64,000 nucleotides of DNA from an uncultured Pseudomonadota bacterium (GTDB lineage Bacteria > Oederibacteriota > Muellerivitia > Muellerivitales > Muellerivitaceae): NCBI GenBank assembly GCA_963836235.1, contig CAWIIP010000004.1, forward strand, positions 832,001 through 896,000. The letters run 5' to 3'. A program made the translations under genes and the position numbers. Position 1 is the first letter of the stretch. The number at the start of each line of letters is the position of its first letter. Under the pieces are notes generated by a model. The model had not been told where the DNA came from. It was given only the letters and a program-made list of their open reading frames with translations, and did no database searches. Below are positions 48,175 through 57,975 of the stretch, piece after piece.

Positions 48175-49194
48175 ATGGCGGAAACCAAAAAGAAAGCAGC
48201 GTTGACGGGTGAACAAAAAGCCGCCGCCCTATTGATTTCCTTGGGGCCGGAGCTTGCTGCTAAAATTTACCAACATCTGAAAGAGGAAACTGTTGAACAG
48301 GTGACTCTTCAGATTGCAAACTTAAGAAAAATTACACCTGACGAAAAAGACTCGGTAATGCAAGAGGTCCTGAACATTGCCGCGGCTCAAGAGTATATTT
48401 CACAGGGAGGGGTAGAATACGCCCATGAAATTCTTGAAAAAGCCTTAGGAGCTAATAAGGCGATGGAGATTATTAACCGTTTGCAGGGATCTCTGCAAAT
48501 GACTCCATTTGATTACATTAAAAGAACTGATCCCCAACAACTGCTTAATTTTATTCAATCGGAGCATCCTCAAACTATTGCGCTTATTTTGGCTCACTTG
48601 ACGCCAGACCATGCGGCGACCATTTTAGGCGCATTGCCAACAGATATTCAGGTGGATGTGGCAACCCGTATTGCTATCCTTGATAGGGCTGCGCCGGATG
48701 TTGTTATGGAAATTGAGAGGGTTTTGGAACGTCGAATTTCTTCGATCTTTACTCAGGAGTTTACTGCGGCGGGTGGTGTCCGTGCCTTGGCAGAAGTTCT
48801 TAATCGGGCGGATCGTTCGACAGAAAAAGCTATCATGGAGAAATTGGACGAAGTTAATCCTGAATTGGCCGAGGAAGTCAAACGACTCATGTTTGTATTT
48901 GATGATTTGGTTGCCTTGGATAATAGAACCATTCAGCAGATCTTACGCGAAGTTGACGCCAAGGATCTGGCTCTCGCTCTAAAGGGGGCGAAGGAAGAAG
49001 TGAAAGAACATCTTTTAAAGAACATGTCTAGCCGCGCCAAGGCTATGATTATTGAGGATATGGAAGTTATGGGCCCGGTGCGCTTAAAACACGCAGAGGA
49101 AGCCCAACAAAAGATTATTAACGTAGTTAGGCAGCTTGAAGAAATGGGTGAAATCGTTGTCGCTCGTGGCGGTGAAGAAGAGGTTATGATTTAA
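48175..49194 (+). CDS. fliG: Flagellar motor switch protein FliG
   Basis: KAAALLISLG, EHPQTIALIL, MFVFDD, NMSSRA. Confidence 0.96.
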   Translation: MAETKKKAALTGEQKAAALLISLGPELAAKIYQHLKEETVEQVTLQIANLRKITPDEKDSVMQEVLNIAAAQEYISQGGVEYAHEILEKALGANKAMEIINRLQGSLQMTPFDYIKRTDPQQLLNFIQSEHPQTIALILAHLTPDHAATILGALPTDIQVDVATRIAILDRAAPDVVMEIERVLERRISSIFTQEFTAAGGVRALAEVLNRADRSTEKAIMEKLDEVNPELAEEVKRLMFVFDDLVALDNRTIQQILREVDAKDLALALKGAKEEVKEHLLKNMSSRAKAMIIEDMEVMGPVRLKHAEEAQQKIINVVRQLEEMGEIVVARGGEEEVMI

Positions 49195-49260
49195 GACTTT
49201 CGTAAGTTCTAGTTTAGCTGCATGAACTGAAAGCAGTTCTTTGTTAGGAGTGTAATTGAA

Positions 49261-50172
49261 ATGAGTCGCGAGGTTCTTTCGACACCAAACTACCAGTATT
49301 TAGAACAGGGTTATCTCGTTGATAATACGACTTGGCAGGAAGTGATAAGACGACGTTTTGATGCGGAAGTGAATCCGAAAATTACCGAGCATCGGCCGAC
49401 TCTGAATCCGGAAGAATTTCAGCCTTTTTTGTTGCCAGAAAACCCAGAGGCGGTTGAAACGATAAGGCCTGTTGAGCCAAGTAAAGAAGAAGTGGCAGAA
49501 AAATTAAAGATAGAAGCTGAAGAAGAGGCGAAATTAATCGAGCAGACTGCCCGAAAGAATGCTTTCGAAATAGTGGAGACGGCTCGTTGGGAAGCAAGTG
49601 ATTTGATCGCAAAAGCAAAAGAAGATGCTGAAAAAGAGTTATCGCAGTTAAAAGAAAAGGCTTGCGAAGAGGGTCGGAAAGAAGGTCTGGAAAAAGGCCA
49701 ATCCGAAGGATTTGAGAATGGTCGAAAGGATGGTCAACAAACGTATTCAGAAGTAATTGAAAAATGGAATGGTTTGTTGACCGAAACACTTTTGGAAAGA
49801 AAAAGACTTTTGGGGGAGTTTCGGCCCCTATTGGTTGAGTTGGTTGGGGAGGCACTTTATCGGTGCTTAAAAAAAGAGGCAAAAAGGCATAGTCAGGTTG
49901 CTCTTGAAATGGTTCAAGAAGTCTTGAAGAAAGCTCAAGATCGGGTTTTACTAAAATTACACTTAAATCCGGAAGATGTTGAAGAGGTTGAAAGTCAAAA
50001 AGAAAAATTGCAATTGTCGGTGGGCGCAAGTGAAATTGAGATAGTGTCAGATGCTCGTATTGAACGCGGTGGTTGTGTTCTTGAAACAGAGGCGGGTACA
50101 GTTGACGGTCGATTGCCGACCGTAGTTGAACAAGTTAAAAATTCCCTTACTGAGGGAATTTCTTTGAAGTGA
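49261..50172 (+). CDS. fliH: Flagellar assembly protein FliH
   Basis: GxxxG repeats (EGRKEGLEKG..EG), LNPED, GGCVLET..GTVD. Confidence 0.9.
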   Translation: MSREVLSTPNYQYLEQGYLVDNTTWQEVIRRRFDAEVNPKITEHRPTLNPEEFQPFLLPENPEAVETIRPVEPSKEEVAEKLKIEAEEEAKLIEQTARKNAFEIVETARWEASDLIAKAKEDAEKELSQLKEKACEEGRKEGLEKGQSEGFENGRKDGQQTYSEVIEKWNGLLTETLLERKRLLGEFRPLLVELVGEALYRCLKKEAKRHSQVALEMVQEVLKKAQDRVLLKLHLNPEDVEEVESQKEKLQLSVGASEIEIVSDARIERGGCVLETEAGTVDGRLPTVVEQVKNSLTEGISLK

Positions 50173-51536
50173 AAGAAAGGCCGGGAAAAGTTGAAATGAA
50201 TTCTACTTTAAATGACATTCTTCCCCCACTGGATGATTTTAAGAAGCGATTGGAAGAAGTGGATATTACCCCGGTCAATGGTCGAGTCGAGCAGGTAGTT
50301 GGTTTAGTGATTGAAGCTACTGGACCTTCGGCATCGGTTGGTGAGGCTTGTTGGATAACATCATCGGATGGTCAAGGGCGGCCGGTTTTGGCCGAAGTCG
50401 TGGGTTTTCGCCAGCATCGTGTTTTGTTGATGCCTTTAGGAGAAATGAGGGGTTTGGGACCTGGCAGCGAAGTTGTTAGAACCGGACAGCCTTTTAAGAT
50501 TATGGTTGGTAAAGGCTTATTGGGGCGGGTAATTGACGCTATGGGTAAACCTTTGGATGGAAAGGGGCCATTAGGCCCCACTGAAGAAAGTTATCCTATC
50601 CACCAGGAACCTCCTTCTGCAATGCAACGGCGTCGAATTGAAATGCCGGTGGCGACAGGAGTGAGGGCCATTGATTCACTTTTGACCCTTGGAGAAGGGC
50701 AACGGCTTGGTATTTTTGCTGGTTCCGGCGTTGGAAAAAGCACGCTGTTAGGAATGATTGCTCGCAATACCGAAGCGGATATTAACGTGATCGGATTAGT
50801 AGGAGAACGCGGAAGGGAAGTAAGAGACTTTCTAGAAAGAGATTTGGGGGATAAGGGATTGGCTCGAAGCGTAGTGGTGGTCGCTACTTCCGATCAGCCT
50901 TCTCTCATCCGAATTCAAGCAGCTTTGGTGGCGACAGCGGTTGCAGAATACTTCCGGGACCAAGGGAAACGAGTGATGTTAATGATGGACTCGATTACTC
51001 GTTTTGCCATGGCACAAAGGGAAGTGGGCTTGGCGATAGGGGAACCACCCACTACTAAGGGATATACACCGTCGGTATTTGCCTTGTTGCCGAAGCTCTT
51101 AGAGCGTGCTGGTACGACTTCTCACCAAGGAAGCATTACTGGCCTTTATTCGATTCTGGTGGAAGCGGATGATATGAATGAGCCTATAGCTGACGCTTGT
51201 CGGGCTATTTTGGATGGACATGTTGTCTTATCCCGTGAATTGGCGGCACAAAGTCATTATCCGGCGATTGATATATTGAATAGTGTTTCTCGCGTAATGC
51301 GGGATATTGTAGGGCCTGACCAGACTGTAGCGGCGAGCAAAATCCGTTCTGTTTTGGCGACTTACAAGAGTGTTGAGGATATGATTTCCATTGGCGCATA
51401 TGTGAAAGGTGCCAATCCTAAGGTGGACGAAGCGTTAAAGCGTCTTGATGCGGTTCAAACTTTTTTGCGACAATCTCGCGAAGAAAAGGCTCTCTGGAGT
51501 GACACGCTTCAAAAAATGAAAATTTTCTTGAGTTAA
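50169..51536 (+). CDS. fliI: Flagellar export ATPase FliI
   Basis: GIFAGSGVGKSTLLG, GERGRE, DSITRFA, GYTPSV, LDGH. Confidence 0.96.
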   Translation: MKERPGKVEMNSTLNDILPPLDDFKKRLEEVDITPVNGRVEQVVGLVIEATGPSASVGEACWITSSDGQGRPVLAEVVGFRQHRVLLMPLGEMRGLGPGSEVVRTGQPFKIMVGKGLLGRVIDAMGKPLDGKGPLGPTEESYPIHQEPPSAMQRRRIEMPVATGVRAIDSLLTLGEGQRLGIFAGSGVGKSTLLGMIARNTEADINVIGLVGERGREVRDFLERDLGDKGLARSVVVVATSDQPSLIRIQAALVATAVAEYFRDQGKRVMLMMDSITRFAMAQREVGLAIGEPPTTKGYTPSVFALLPKLLERAGTTSHQGSITGLYSILVEADDMNEPIADACRAILDGHVVLSRELAAQSHYPAIDILNSVSRVMRDIVGPDQTVAASKIRSVLATYKSVEDMISIGAYVKGANPKVDEALKRLDAVQTFLRQSREEKALWSDTLQKMKIFLS

Positions 51537-51543
51537 GATAGAA

Positions 51544-52041
51544 ATGGCTAAGAAATTTCAGTTTCGGTTAGAACAAGTTTTGAACCTGCGCAAACAAATT
51601 GAAGAGGTTCGAGTCCGTGAGTTGGCTCAAGCTCAAGGGCAACTTTTAAGAATAGAGGAGTCCATTAAAGCTCATGCGGTTGAGGAATTGAATTTTTTGA
51701 AGAATTACGGTGATTTTGAAAAAAACGGTGAATTCAATGTCGATGAGGTAATGACTTATTGTGATTTTAAAGAATGGCTTTTACGGCAAGAAAAAGAATA
51801 TCGGCGTCGTGAGAGGGAATGGATAATTGCGGTTGAGCAACGTCGCCAAGAGGTTGTTAGGGCTTCCCGGGCAAGGCGGTTATTGGAAAATTTGAAAGAA
51901 AAACAGTTGAAAATTTATTCCCAAGAAGTTTTGGGCGAAGAAAAAAGATTTTTAGATGAGATTTCTTCGATTGCATTTGTCCGGCATAACCGGGCTCAAA
52001 AAGCCGTCAATGCCAACACAGCTGAAAAATTGAGGAGGTGA
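51544..52041 (+). CDS. fliJ: Flagellar export protein FliJ
   Basis: FQFRLEQVLNLR, coiled coil, LENLKEK...E..LDE; follows fliI. Confidence 0.88.
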   Translation: MAKKFQFRLEQVLNLRKQIEEVRVRELAQAQGQLLRIEESIKAHAVEELNFLKNYGDFEKNGEFNVDEVMTYCDFKEWLLRQEKEYRRREREWIIAVEQRRQEVVRASRARRLLENLKEKQLKIYSQEVLGEEKRFLDEISSIAFVRHNRAQKAVNANTAEKLRR

Positions 52042-52045
52042 TATT

Positions 52046-52858
52046 GTGGATACAGCAACAGTCATAGGGCTTTTCGTAGCCTGGTTCGGGATCGGGTTTG
52101 GGGCTTGGTGGGAAGAGGTGCCTGCCCATCTCATTTTTAACTTGTCCGCTTTTTTTATCGTTGCGGTTGGTGCAGCTGGCGCCACAATCATAAGTTTTCC
52201 TCTCGATAACATCAAAGAAACTTGGGCAATTACAAAGAAAGCCTTTAAAAAGCAAGAGCTGGATCCTGGAGCAATTGTAGCCCAATTGGTAGGTTTTGCC
52301 ACTAAAGCGCGTCGCGAAGGTTTGTTGGGTTTGGAAGAAGAGGCAGAAGCTATACAAGATCCATTTTTGAAAAAGGGCTTGCAGTTGGTTGTAGATGGTA
52401 CCGATATTGAAATGATTAGAAATATTATGGAAACGGACATCGCATTTTTGGAATCTAGGCATAAAATAGGAGAAAGTATTTTTGGGACATTTGGTGGGTT
52501 TTCCCCAACGTTAGGAATTATTGGAACCGTCATGGGTCTTGTTCACGCTCTGGGTTCCTTCGGTGCCGGTGGAACTGATCCGGCAACCTTGGTTGCTTCT
52601 ATTGCTACGGCTTTCGTTGCGACTTTTTATGGAATTTCATTCGCTAATCTCATCTTTCTGCCTATCTCCTTTAAGTTGAAACAAAATAGTCAACAAGAAG
52701 TGCTGCTGAGAGAAGTGATGTTAGAAGGAATCTTAGCAATCTCGGCTGGTGATAATCCACGTATTGTGGAAGAGAAGCTTAAGGCTTTCTTGCCCCCCCG
52801 AATAAAGCTTGATATGGAAGCTCAGCAAAAGGCGGGCGAGGGTAAAGAAGAGGAATAG
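52046..52858 (+). CDS. motA: Flagellar stator protein MotA
   Basis: ARREGLLGLE, LQLVVDG, PTLGIIGTVMGL, ATFYG, GDNPR. Confidence 0.94.
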   Translation: MDTATVIGLFVAWFGIGFGAWWEEVPAHLIFNLSAFFIVAVGAAGATIISFPLDNIKETWAITKKAFKKQELDPGAIVAQLVGFATKARREGLLGLEEEAEAIQDPFLKKGLQLVVDGTDIEMIRNIMETDIAFLESRHKIGESIFGTFGGFSPTLGIIGTVMGLVHALGSFGAGGTDPATLVASIATAFVATFYGISFANLIFLPISFKLKQNSQQEVLLREVMLEGILAISAGDNPRIVEEKLKAFLPPRIKLDMEAQQKAGEGKEEE

Positions 52859-52894
52859 ACGTTTAATTTAAAAGGTAATTCATTTAGGAGATAG

Positions 52895-53674
52895 TTGATG
52901 CCGAAACGTAAAAAAGGCGGCCATGAAGCGGGGCTGGAAATGGAGTCGGGAGGCATGATGCGTTGGCTTCTGACCTATGCCGATTTGATTACGCTTCTTT
53001 TGGCGATGTTCGTTATTTTGTACGCGACGGCGTCTACCAAAAGCACGGTTGTTTTACAGGAAATGATGGCTCAATTTCGAGCAGTATTTGGTCCTATTCC
53101 GGGAAACACGACTATTTTACCATCCCAAAGTTCAAATCCGGGCGAGAATTACAAGATTATTCCTGGAGAACCAAGAGAGGGTGGGCCTGTCGGTGGTTCC
53201 GCGCGGCCTACTCCGGTTTCCTTGGGAGAAATCGTGGGATCCAAACATCCTGCATTTCAACGTTTATTGGGGGCAAATAAAGTATCTATTCGTAAAGAAG
53301 CCAGAGGTTTGGTGATAAGTCTTTTAACAGATAAAGTTTTATTTGATTTGGGTGATGCCCATATCAAACCTGAAATGCATGAGGTCTTAAACGACATTGC
53401 GGACATCCTGAAAAAACAGCAAAACAAGAAAATTGCCGTGGAGGGTCATACGGACGATTTAGCCATTACGACTTCCAGAATACCCAGTAATTGGGAACTT
53501 TCGGCTTTGCGTGCTACCGCCGTGGTAAAGTATTTTGTAATGGAAAAAGGCTTAGATCCCAGTAGGTTTTCTGCGGCGGGATATGCCGAGTTTCAGCCTT
53601 TGGTTCCTAACATCAGTGAAGCGAACCGTCGGATAAACCGTCGGGTCGACATAGTCATCATGAATTTGAATTAG
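52895..53674 (+). CDS. motB: Flagellar stator protein MotB
   Basis: WLLTYADLITLLL, OmpA-like VEGHTD, NWELSALRA, NRRVDI. Confidence 0.94.
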   Translation: MMPKRKKGGHEAGLEMESGGMMRWLLTYADLITLLLAMFVILYATASTKSTVVLQEMMAQFRAVFGPIPGNTTILPSQSSNPGENYKIIPGEPREGGPVGGSARPTPVSLGEIVGSKHPAFQRLLGANKVSIRKEARGLVISLLTDKVLFDLGDAHIKPEMHEVLNDIADILKKQQNKKIAVEGHTDDLAITTSRIPSNWELSALRATAVVKYFVMEKGLDPSRFSAAGYAEFQPLVPNISEANRRINRRVDIVIMNLN

Positions 53675-53690
53675 TAAATCAAAAGGAGGG

Positions 53691-54173
53691 GTGAAAATGG
53701 CAGATCAAGGAGAAAGGGGAGTACGTGGATTATTGGGTGCTTTATTGGTCATCAGCGGAATTACTCTGTTAGGAATGGTAGGCCTGGGAATTCTCGTTTT
53801 TACGAAGCTTGGAACGGTGACGGATGCCAAAAAAGAAGCGAAAGTCATCGAACAGAAGCCCGAGCCAGGTAAAATTTACGATTTAGGAACTTTTATTGTA
53901 AATTTAGCTGATGAAGAGGCTTCTCGGTATGTTCGCGCTCAAGTTCAGTTGGAATATAGCCAAGTTAACCAGGAATTGGATAAGGAAATAAAGGAACGAG
54001 ACGCTCAATTTAAGGATCTGGTCAACACCCTTTTGAGTGACCGCAAAGCGATGGAATTATCAACATCTGAAGGCAAAGAAGAGTTCCGTCGGGAATTACA
54101 ATTGAAAATAAACGAGGCTCTGAAATTCGGGGCGGTAACTAATGTTTACTTAACCCAGTTTGCCATACAATAA
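53691..54173 (+). CDS. fliL: Flagellar protein FliL
   Basis: N-terminal TM, FIVNLAD, EGKEEFR, VYLTQFAIQ. Confidence 0.9.
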   Translation: MKMADQGERGVRGLLGALLVISGITLLGMVGLGILVFTKLGTVTDAKKEAKVIEQKPEPGKIYDLGTFIVNLADEEASRYVRAQVQLEYSQVNQELDKEIKERDAQFKDLVNTLLSDRKAMELSTSEGKEEFRRELQLKINEALKFGAVTNVYLTQFAIQ

Positions 54174-54211
54174 TGAAAAGGTTGTCTAATTAAGTAAAAG
54201 AGGAAAATGTT

Positions 54212-55243
54212 ATGGACGATTTATTATCGGATGGTGAGGTAAGCGCTCTTCTATCTGAATTGGATGTTGGGATGACGGGAGAATCAAGTTCTGAATCCTC
54301 TGCGGCAATTGCGTCGACCCCGGAGGCTGGGATCATTGTTGATGAGCAAGGCCGAAAAATTAAATCTTATGATTTTAATCGACCTAATCGCTTTTCCAAA
54401 GATCATATGCGCACGTTGGAAATGTTGCATGAGATATTTTCACGTGGGTTTACGGCTTCGGTGGCGGCCTATTTGCGAACGGTTGCCGAGATTAAAGTTG
54501 TATCGGTTTCCCAATTACCGTTTAGGGAATACACCATGTCGCTGCCACGGCCTGATTGTATTTTTGTTTTAAAAATGGAGCCGTTGGATGGATCGTTTCT
54601 CTTGGAAATGAACCCAGAATTGGTTTTAACATTAATTGATAGAATATTAGGAGGCCCGGGCAAAGCATCGATTGCTCCACGAGAATTGACATTAATTGAG
54701 CAATCAGTCATCGAGAAAATCCTTAACAGAGGGATGGAAGCCCTTCAAGAAGCTTGGTTAAAGGTTGGCCATTTTCAACCTAAATTGACTGGCTATGAAA
54801 CAACGGCTCAGTTCGTTCAAATTGTGGCCCCGAGTGAGATTACGGCGGTTATTGAATTTGAAGTCAAACTTAACGAAGTGACGGGCAAAATGTCGATGTG
54901 TATTCCTTATGTTGTTTTAGAACCTATCATCGGCGATCTTTCGGCCCAAAAGTGGTTTACCGTTGGGAAAAAAGAATCCACGGCTGAAACGGTGGAAAAT
55001 TTGACAAAGGTTATGAAAGAAACCACGATTCCCATCGTGGTTCGGGCTGGTGCAGCTCGAATTACGATTCAAGAAATGCTTCGTCTTAAGCCGGGGGATG
55101 TAATTCGCTTGAATACGAGCCCGAGAAATGAAATTGATGTATTAATTGAAAATTTGGTGAAACTTAAAGGTCGCCCCGGTGTCTCCTCTAAAAAGAAGGC
55201 TCTTCAAGTGACCAGAGTTTTTTCTCCGGATGATAAACTTTAA
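54212..55243 (+). CDS. fliM: Flagellar motor switch protein FliM
   Basis: LLSDGEVSALL, YDFNRPNRFSKD, DRILGGPG, RELTLIE. Confidence 0.95.
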   Translation: MDDLLSDGEVSALLSELDVGMTGESSSESSAAIASTPEAGIIVDEQGRKIKSYDFNRPNRFSKDHMRTLEMLHEIFSRGFTASVAAYLRTVAEIKVVSVSQLPFREYTMSLPRPDCIFVLKMEPLDGSFLLEMNPELVLTLIDRILGGPGKASIAPRELTLIEQSVIEKILNRGMEALQEAWLKVGHFQPKLTGYETTAQFVQIVAPSEITAVIEFEVKLNEVTGKMSMCIPYVVLEPIIGDLSAQKWFTVGKKESTAETVENLTKVMKETTIPIVVRAGAARITIQEMLRLKPGDVIRLNTSPRNEIDVLIENLVKLKGRPGVSSKKKALQVTRVFSPDDKL

Positions 55244-55256
55244 AAAAAGGTTTGCA

Positions 55257-56210
55257 ATGTCTGATATGGAAAAGCTTCAAAGTTTAGGTGAGGAAATCGC
55301 TGGAGAGCTTTCTCAAATCTTGAGCGGTCTTTTGGGTCGCGAGGTTTCGGTTGGTTTTTCTCAGGTTTCAGAAACAGATTCCATTGCTCTTGCTTCAACT
55401 TTGGATTCCTCTTATTTGTTTTCTGCATTGAAGGGCTCCGGCGGCGTGGATGGGACAGCTTTTTTGTTGACAAATGAGAAAGAGTCGTCAGTTATTGCTG
55501 ATTTGCTCATTGGTCAGGATGGGACGAGCGCGCCGGAAAAAATGACTGAACTTCATCTTTCGGCTTTCGGAGAAGTGATACATCAAATCGTCGAAGTTTT
55601 TACAAAAGGTGGAAAAAAGTTAGCTGGTTCAAAAGTTCTTTGGGAAGTAGTAAATACCGCAGCTGTTGATCCGGTGAGGGCTGTGCAGCGTTTGTCCCAA
55701 GTTAGCTCTGCTTGGACTGTTTTTTCTTTCGGTGTTTTTGTCCAAGATCTTTTTTCTAGTAATTTGTTGTTTTGTATTTCCGGGCCGGTTGCATCAAGAC
55801 TTGTTTCTGGAACGGAAAAACCGGCGGCTAGTATGCCTGTCGGCAAGGTTCAAACCGGTGTTTCTAATCTAAACACCCAATCGCCAGTAGGAGGTACTGT
55901 AATGCAACAGCTTGAAAATGATTTTTCTGGATCGGCACGGCCAACGGGAGGAAATATTGGTCTCTTGTTGGATGTTCCTTTAAAACTTACGGTTGAACTT
56001 GGAAGAACGACTAAATTAGTGAAAGAAATTTTGGCTCTCGCACCGGGATCAGTAGTGGAATTAGATAAGCTTGCTGGTGAAGCTGTGGACATCTTGGTCA
56101 ATGAAAAATTGATAGCCAAGGGAGAAGTGGTTGTGATCGATGAAAATTTTGGAGTTCGAATCACCGAAATCATCAATCCTGAGGAACGGTTGACCGCGGT
56201 CCAGGCTTGA
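55257..56210 (+). CDS. fliY: Flagellar switch protein FliY/FliN (CheC-like + SpoA domains)
   Basis: N-terminal CheC-like region (IADLLIG...ELHLSAFGE) and LLDVPLKLTVELG...GEVVVIDENFGVRI. Confidence 0.85.
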   Translation: MSDMEKLQSLGEEIAGELSQILSGLLGREVSVGFSQVSETDSIALASTLDSSYLFSALKGSGGVDGTAFLLTNEKESSVIADLLIGQDGTSAPEKMTELHLSAFGEVIHQIVEVFTKGGKKLAGSKVLWEVVNTAAVDPVRAVQRLSQVSSAWTVFSFGVFVQDLFSSNLLFCISGPVASRLVSGTEKPAASMPVGKVQTGVSNLNTQSPVGGTVMQQLENDFSGSARPTGGNIGLLLDVPLKLTVELGRTTKLVKEILALAPGSVVELDKLAGEAVDILVNEKLIAKGEVVVIDENFGVRITEIINPEERLTAVQA

Positions 56211-56238
56211 AAAGAGTCGAAAGAACGGCTCAAACCCC

Positions 56239-56931
56239 ATGCCAAAAAAAAATTATTCTTATACAACCCATTTAAATTATTTGTTTATATTGGGGTTGAT
56301 ACTGAGCGCCATTTTTTTTCAAACTGTTTTTTTTTCTAAAGCTTACGCCCTCGATTCAGACAGCCGAATTTTTGGTCTAAATAAAAATGCTGATCCCTCC
56401 TCGGCAAATGAAAGCCAATCTTTGGCTTTACCCGACGAAACTCCTAATCCTACTCCGAGCCTTTTTGCCACTTTGTCACGTCTTTTAGTAGCTCTTGTAG
56501 TCATTATTGGCTTAATTGTATTTACGGTTTGGAGTTTGAAAGTTGTTTGGGAAAAAAGAGGCTGGAATCAATTCTCGGAAGAAGGTAAATCGCTTAAGGT
56601 TTTAACGTCCATTTATATTGCGCCCCGAAAGGCCATTTATCTTATCGAAGTGGGAAACCGCATCTTAGTAGTTGGAGCTGGAAACGAGGAGATGAATTGT
56701 TTGGACGTTATTCGGAATATCGAAGAGGTAAATGCTTTGCGGCAGTCCACTGCACAGGGGTTTCCAAAAATTTTTAATCAAATTGCAAAACGACACGAAA
56801 CGATAGATCAAGAAATAGAAACTCAAAAAATAATTAAAGAAAGTAATCAAGTTGTTGGTGAGTATGTGAATAAGTTAAAAAACATGAAAAAAAAGAAAGC
56901 TGCGCCTGATAGAACGGATGGTGAGTCTTGA
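56239..56931 (+). CDS. fliO: Flagellar biosynthesis protein FliO/FliZ
   Basis: TM helix then LKVL...IYLIEVGNRILVVG; lies before fliP. Confidence 0.8.
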   Translation: MPKKNYSYTTHLNYLFILGLILSAIFFQTVFFSKAYALDSDSRIFGLNKNADPSSANESQSLALPDETPNPTPSLFATLSRLLVALVVIIGLIVFTVWSLKVVWEKRGWNQFSEEGKSLKVLTSIYIAPRKAIYLIEVGNRILVVGAGNEEMNCLDVIRNIEEVNALRQSTAQGFPKIFNQIAKRHETIDQEIETQKIIKESNQVVGEYVNKLKNMKKKKAAPDRTDGES

Positions 56932-57683
56932 AATTTAGAATGATTATTTTTTTTGTTTTAATTCTTTTTTTGTTTTGCATTCCGATTTCTTCTTTGAGTG
57001 CTGCGGATATTCCATTTCCAACAATCCGGTTAGGTTTTGATCAAGCGAAGAATCCGCAGGATGTCGCAATGAGCATCCAGATATTGTTGGTTCTAACTGT
57101 TTTGTCTTTGGCACCAGCAATCTTGATCATGACGACCTCCTTTACCCGAATTATTATTATTTTATCATTTTTGCGACAAGGTCTGGCGACGCAACAAGTT
57201 CCACCGAATCAAGTTTTGATTGGGTTGGCTCTTTTTTTAACATTTTTTACCATGCAGCCTACCTTCGAGCGGATTGATCAAGACGCTGTAACTCCGTATT
57301 TGGCCGGTAAACTTGGGACTGCGGAGGCGTTTAAAAAGGCGGAAGATCCTTTGCGCCAATTTATGTTCAAACAAGTTCGTGAAAAAGATTTGGCTCTTTT
57401 TGTTGCTTTGTCCAAATCGAGTCGGCCACGGACACCCGCCGATATATCGACTTGGGTTCTTATACCGGCATTCGTTATTGGGGAATTGAAAAAATCATTT
57501 GAGATGGGCTTTATTATCTTTGTTCCGTTTCTGATCATTGATATGGTGGTCGCTTCTGTTTTGATGTCGATGGGTATGTTGATGCTTCCGCCAGTTTTGA
57601 TTTCATTACCCTTTAAAATATTGCTTTTCATTATGGTAGATGGTTGGAACTTAATAGTTCGCTCTATCGCATTGAGTTTTTGA
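56928..57683 (+). CDS. fliP: Flagellar export gate FliP
   Basis: TSFTRI, PPNQVLIGLALFLT, PFLIIDMVVAS, LPFKILLF..DGW. Confidence 0.96.
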   Translation: MKFRMIIFFVLILFLFCIPISSLSAADIPFPTIRLGFDQAKNPQDVAMSIQILLVLTVLSLAPAILIMTTSFTRIIIILSFLRQGLATQQVPPNQVLIGLALFLTFFTMQPTFERIDQDAVTPYLAGKLGTAEAFKKAEDPLRQFMFKQVREKDLALFVALSKSSRPRTPADISTWVLIPAFVIGELKKSFEMGFIIFVPFLIIDMVVASVLMSMGMLMLPPVLISLPFKILLFIMVDGWNLIVRSIALSF

Positions 57684-57698
57684 TCACCCGAGGTTCAA

Positions 57699-57968
57699 AT
57701 GACAGTTGAATTTATTGCCGATCTTGCTAATCGCGCTCTTTGGATAACGCTTCTTGTTTCTGCCCCTATTTTGGGTCTAGGTTTAGCCGTGGGCGTTGCG
57801 GTATCCATTTTTCAGGCGGTTACACAGATTCAAGAAATGACGTTGACATTTATTCCCAAAATAGTGGCCATTTTTATGGCGATTCTTATTTTTGGTAAAT
57901 GGATGATGCTAATTCTTTTGAACTTTACTTCGAATTTGTGGATTAATCTTCCCAACTACGTGAAGTGA
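57699..57968 (+). CDS. fliQ: Flagellar export gate FliQ
   Basis: SIFQAVTQIQEMTLTFIPK. Confidence 0.96.
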   Translation: MTVEFIADLANRALWITLLVSAPILGLGLAVGVAVSIFQAVTQIQEMTLTFIPKIVAIFMAILIFGKWMMLILLNFTSNLWINLPNYVK

Positions 57969-57975
57969 GGACTGC

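Noticed and set aside
52895-53050. Ion specificity from the MotB TM helix
   Set aside because: The diagnostic position is Ile, neither Val (H+) nor Leu (Na+), so no call.
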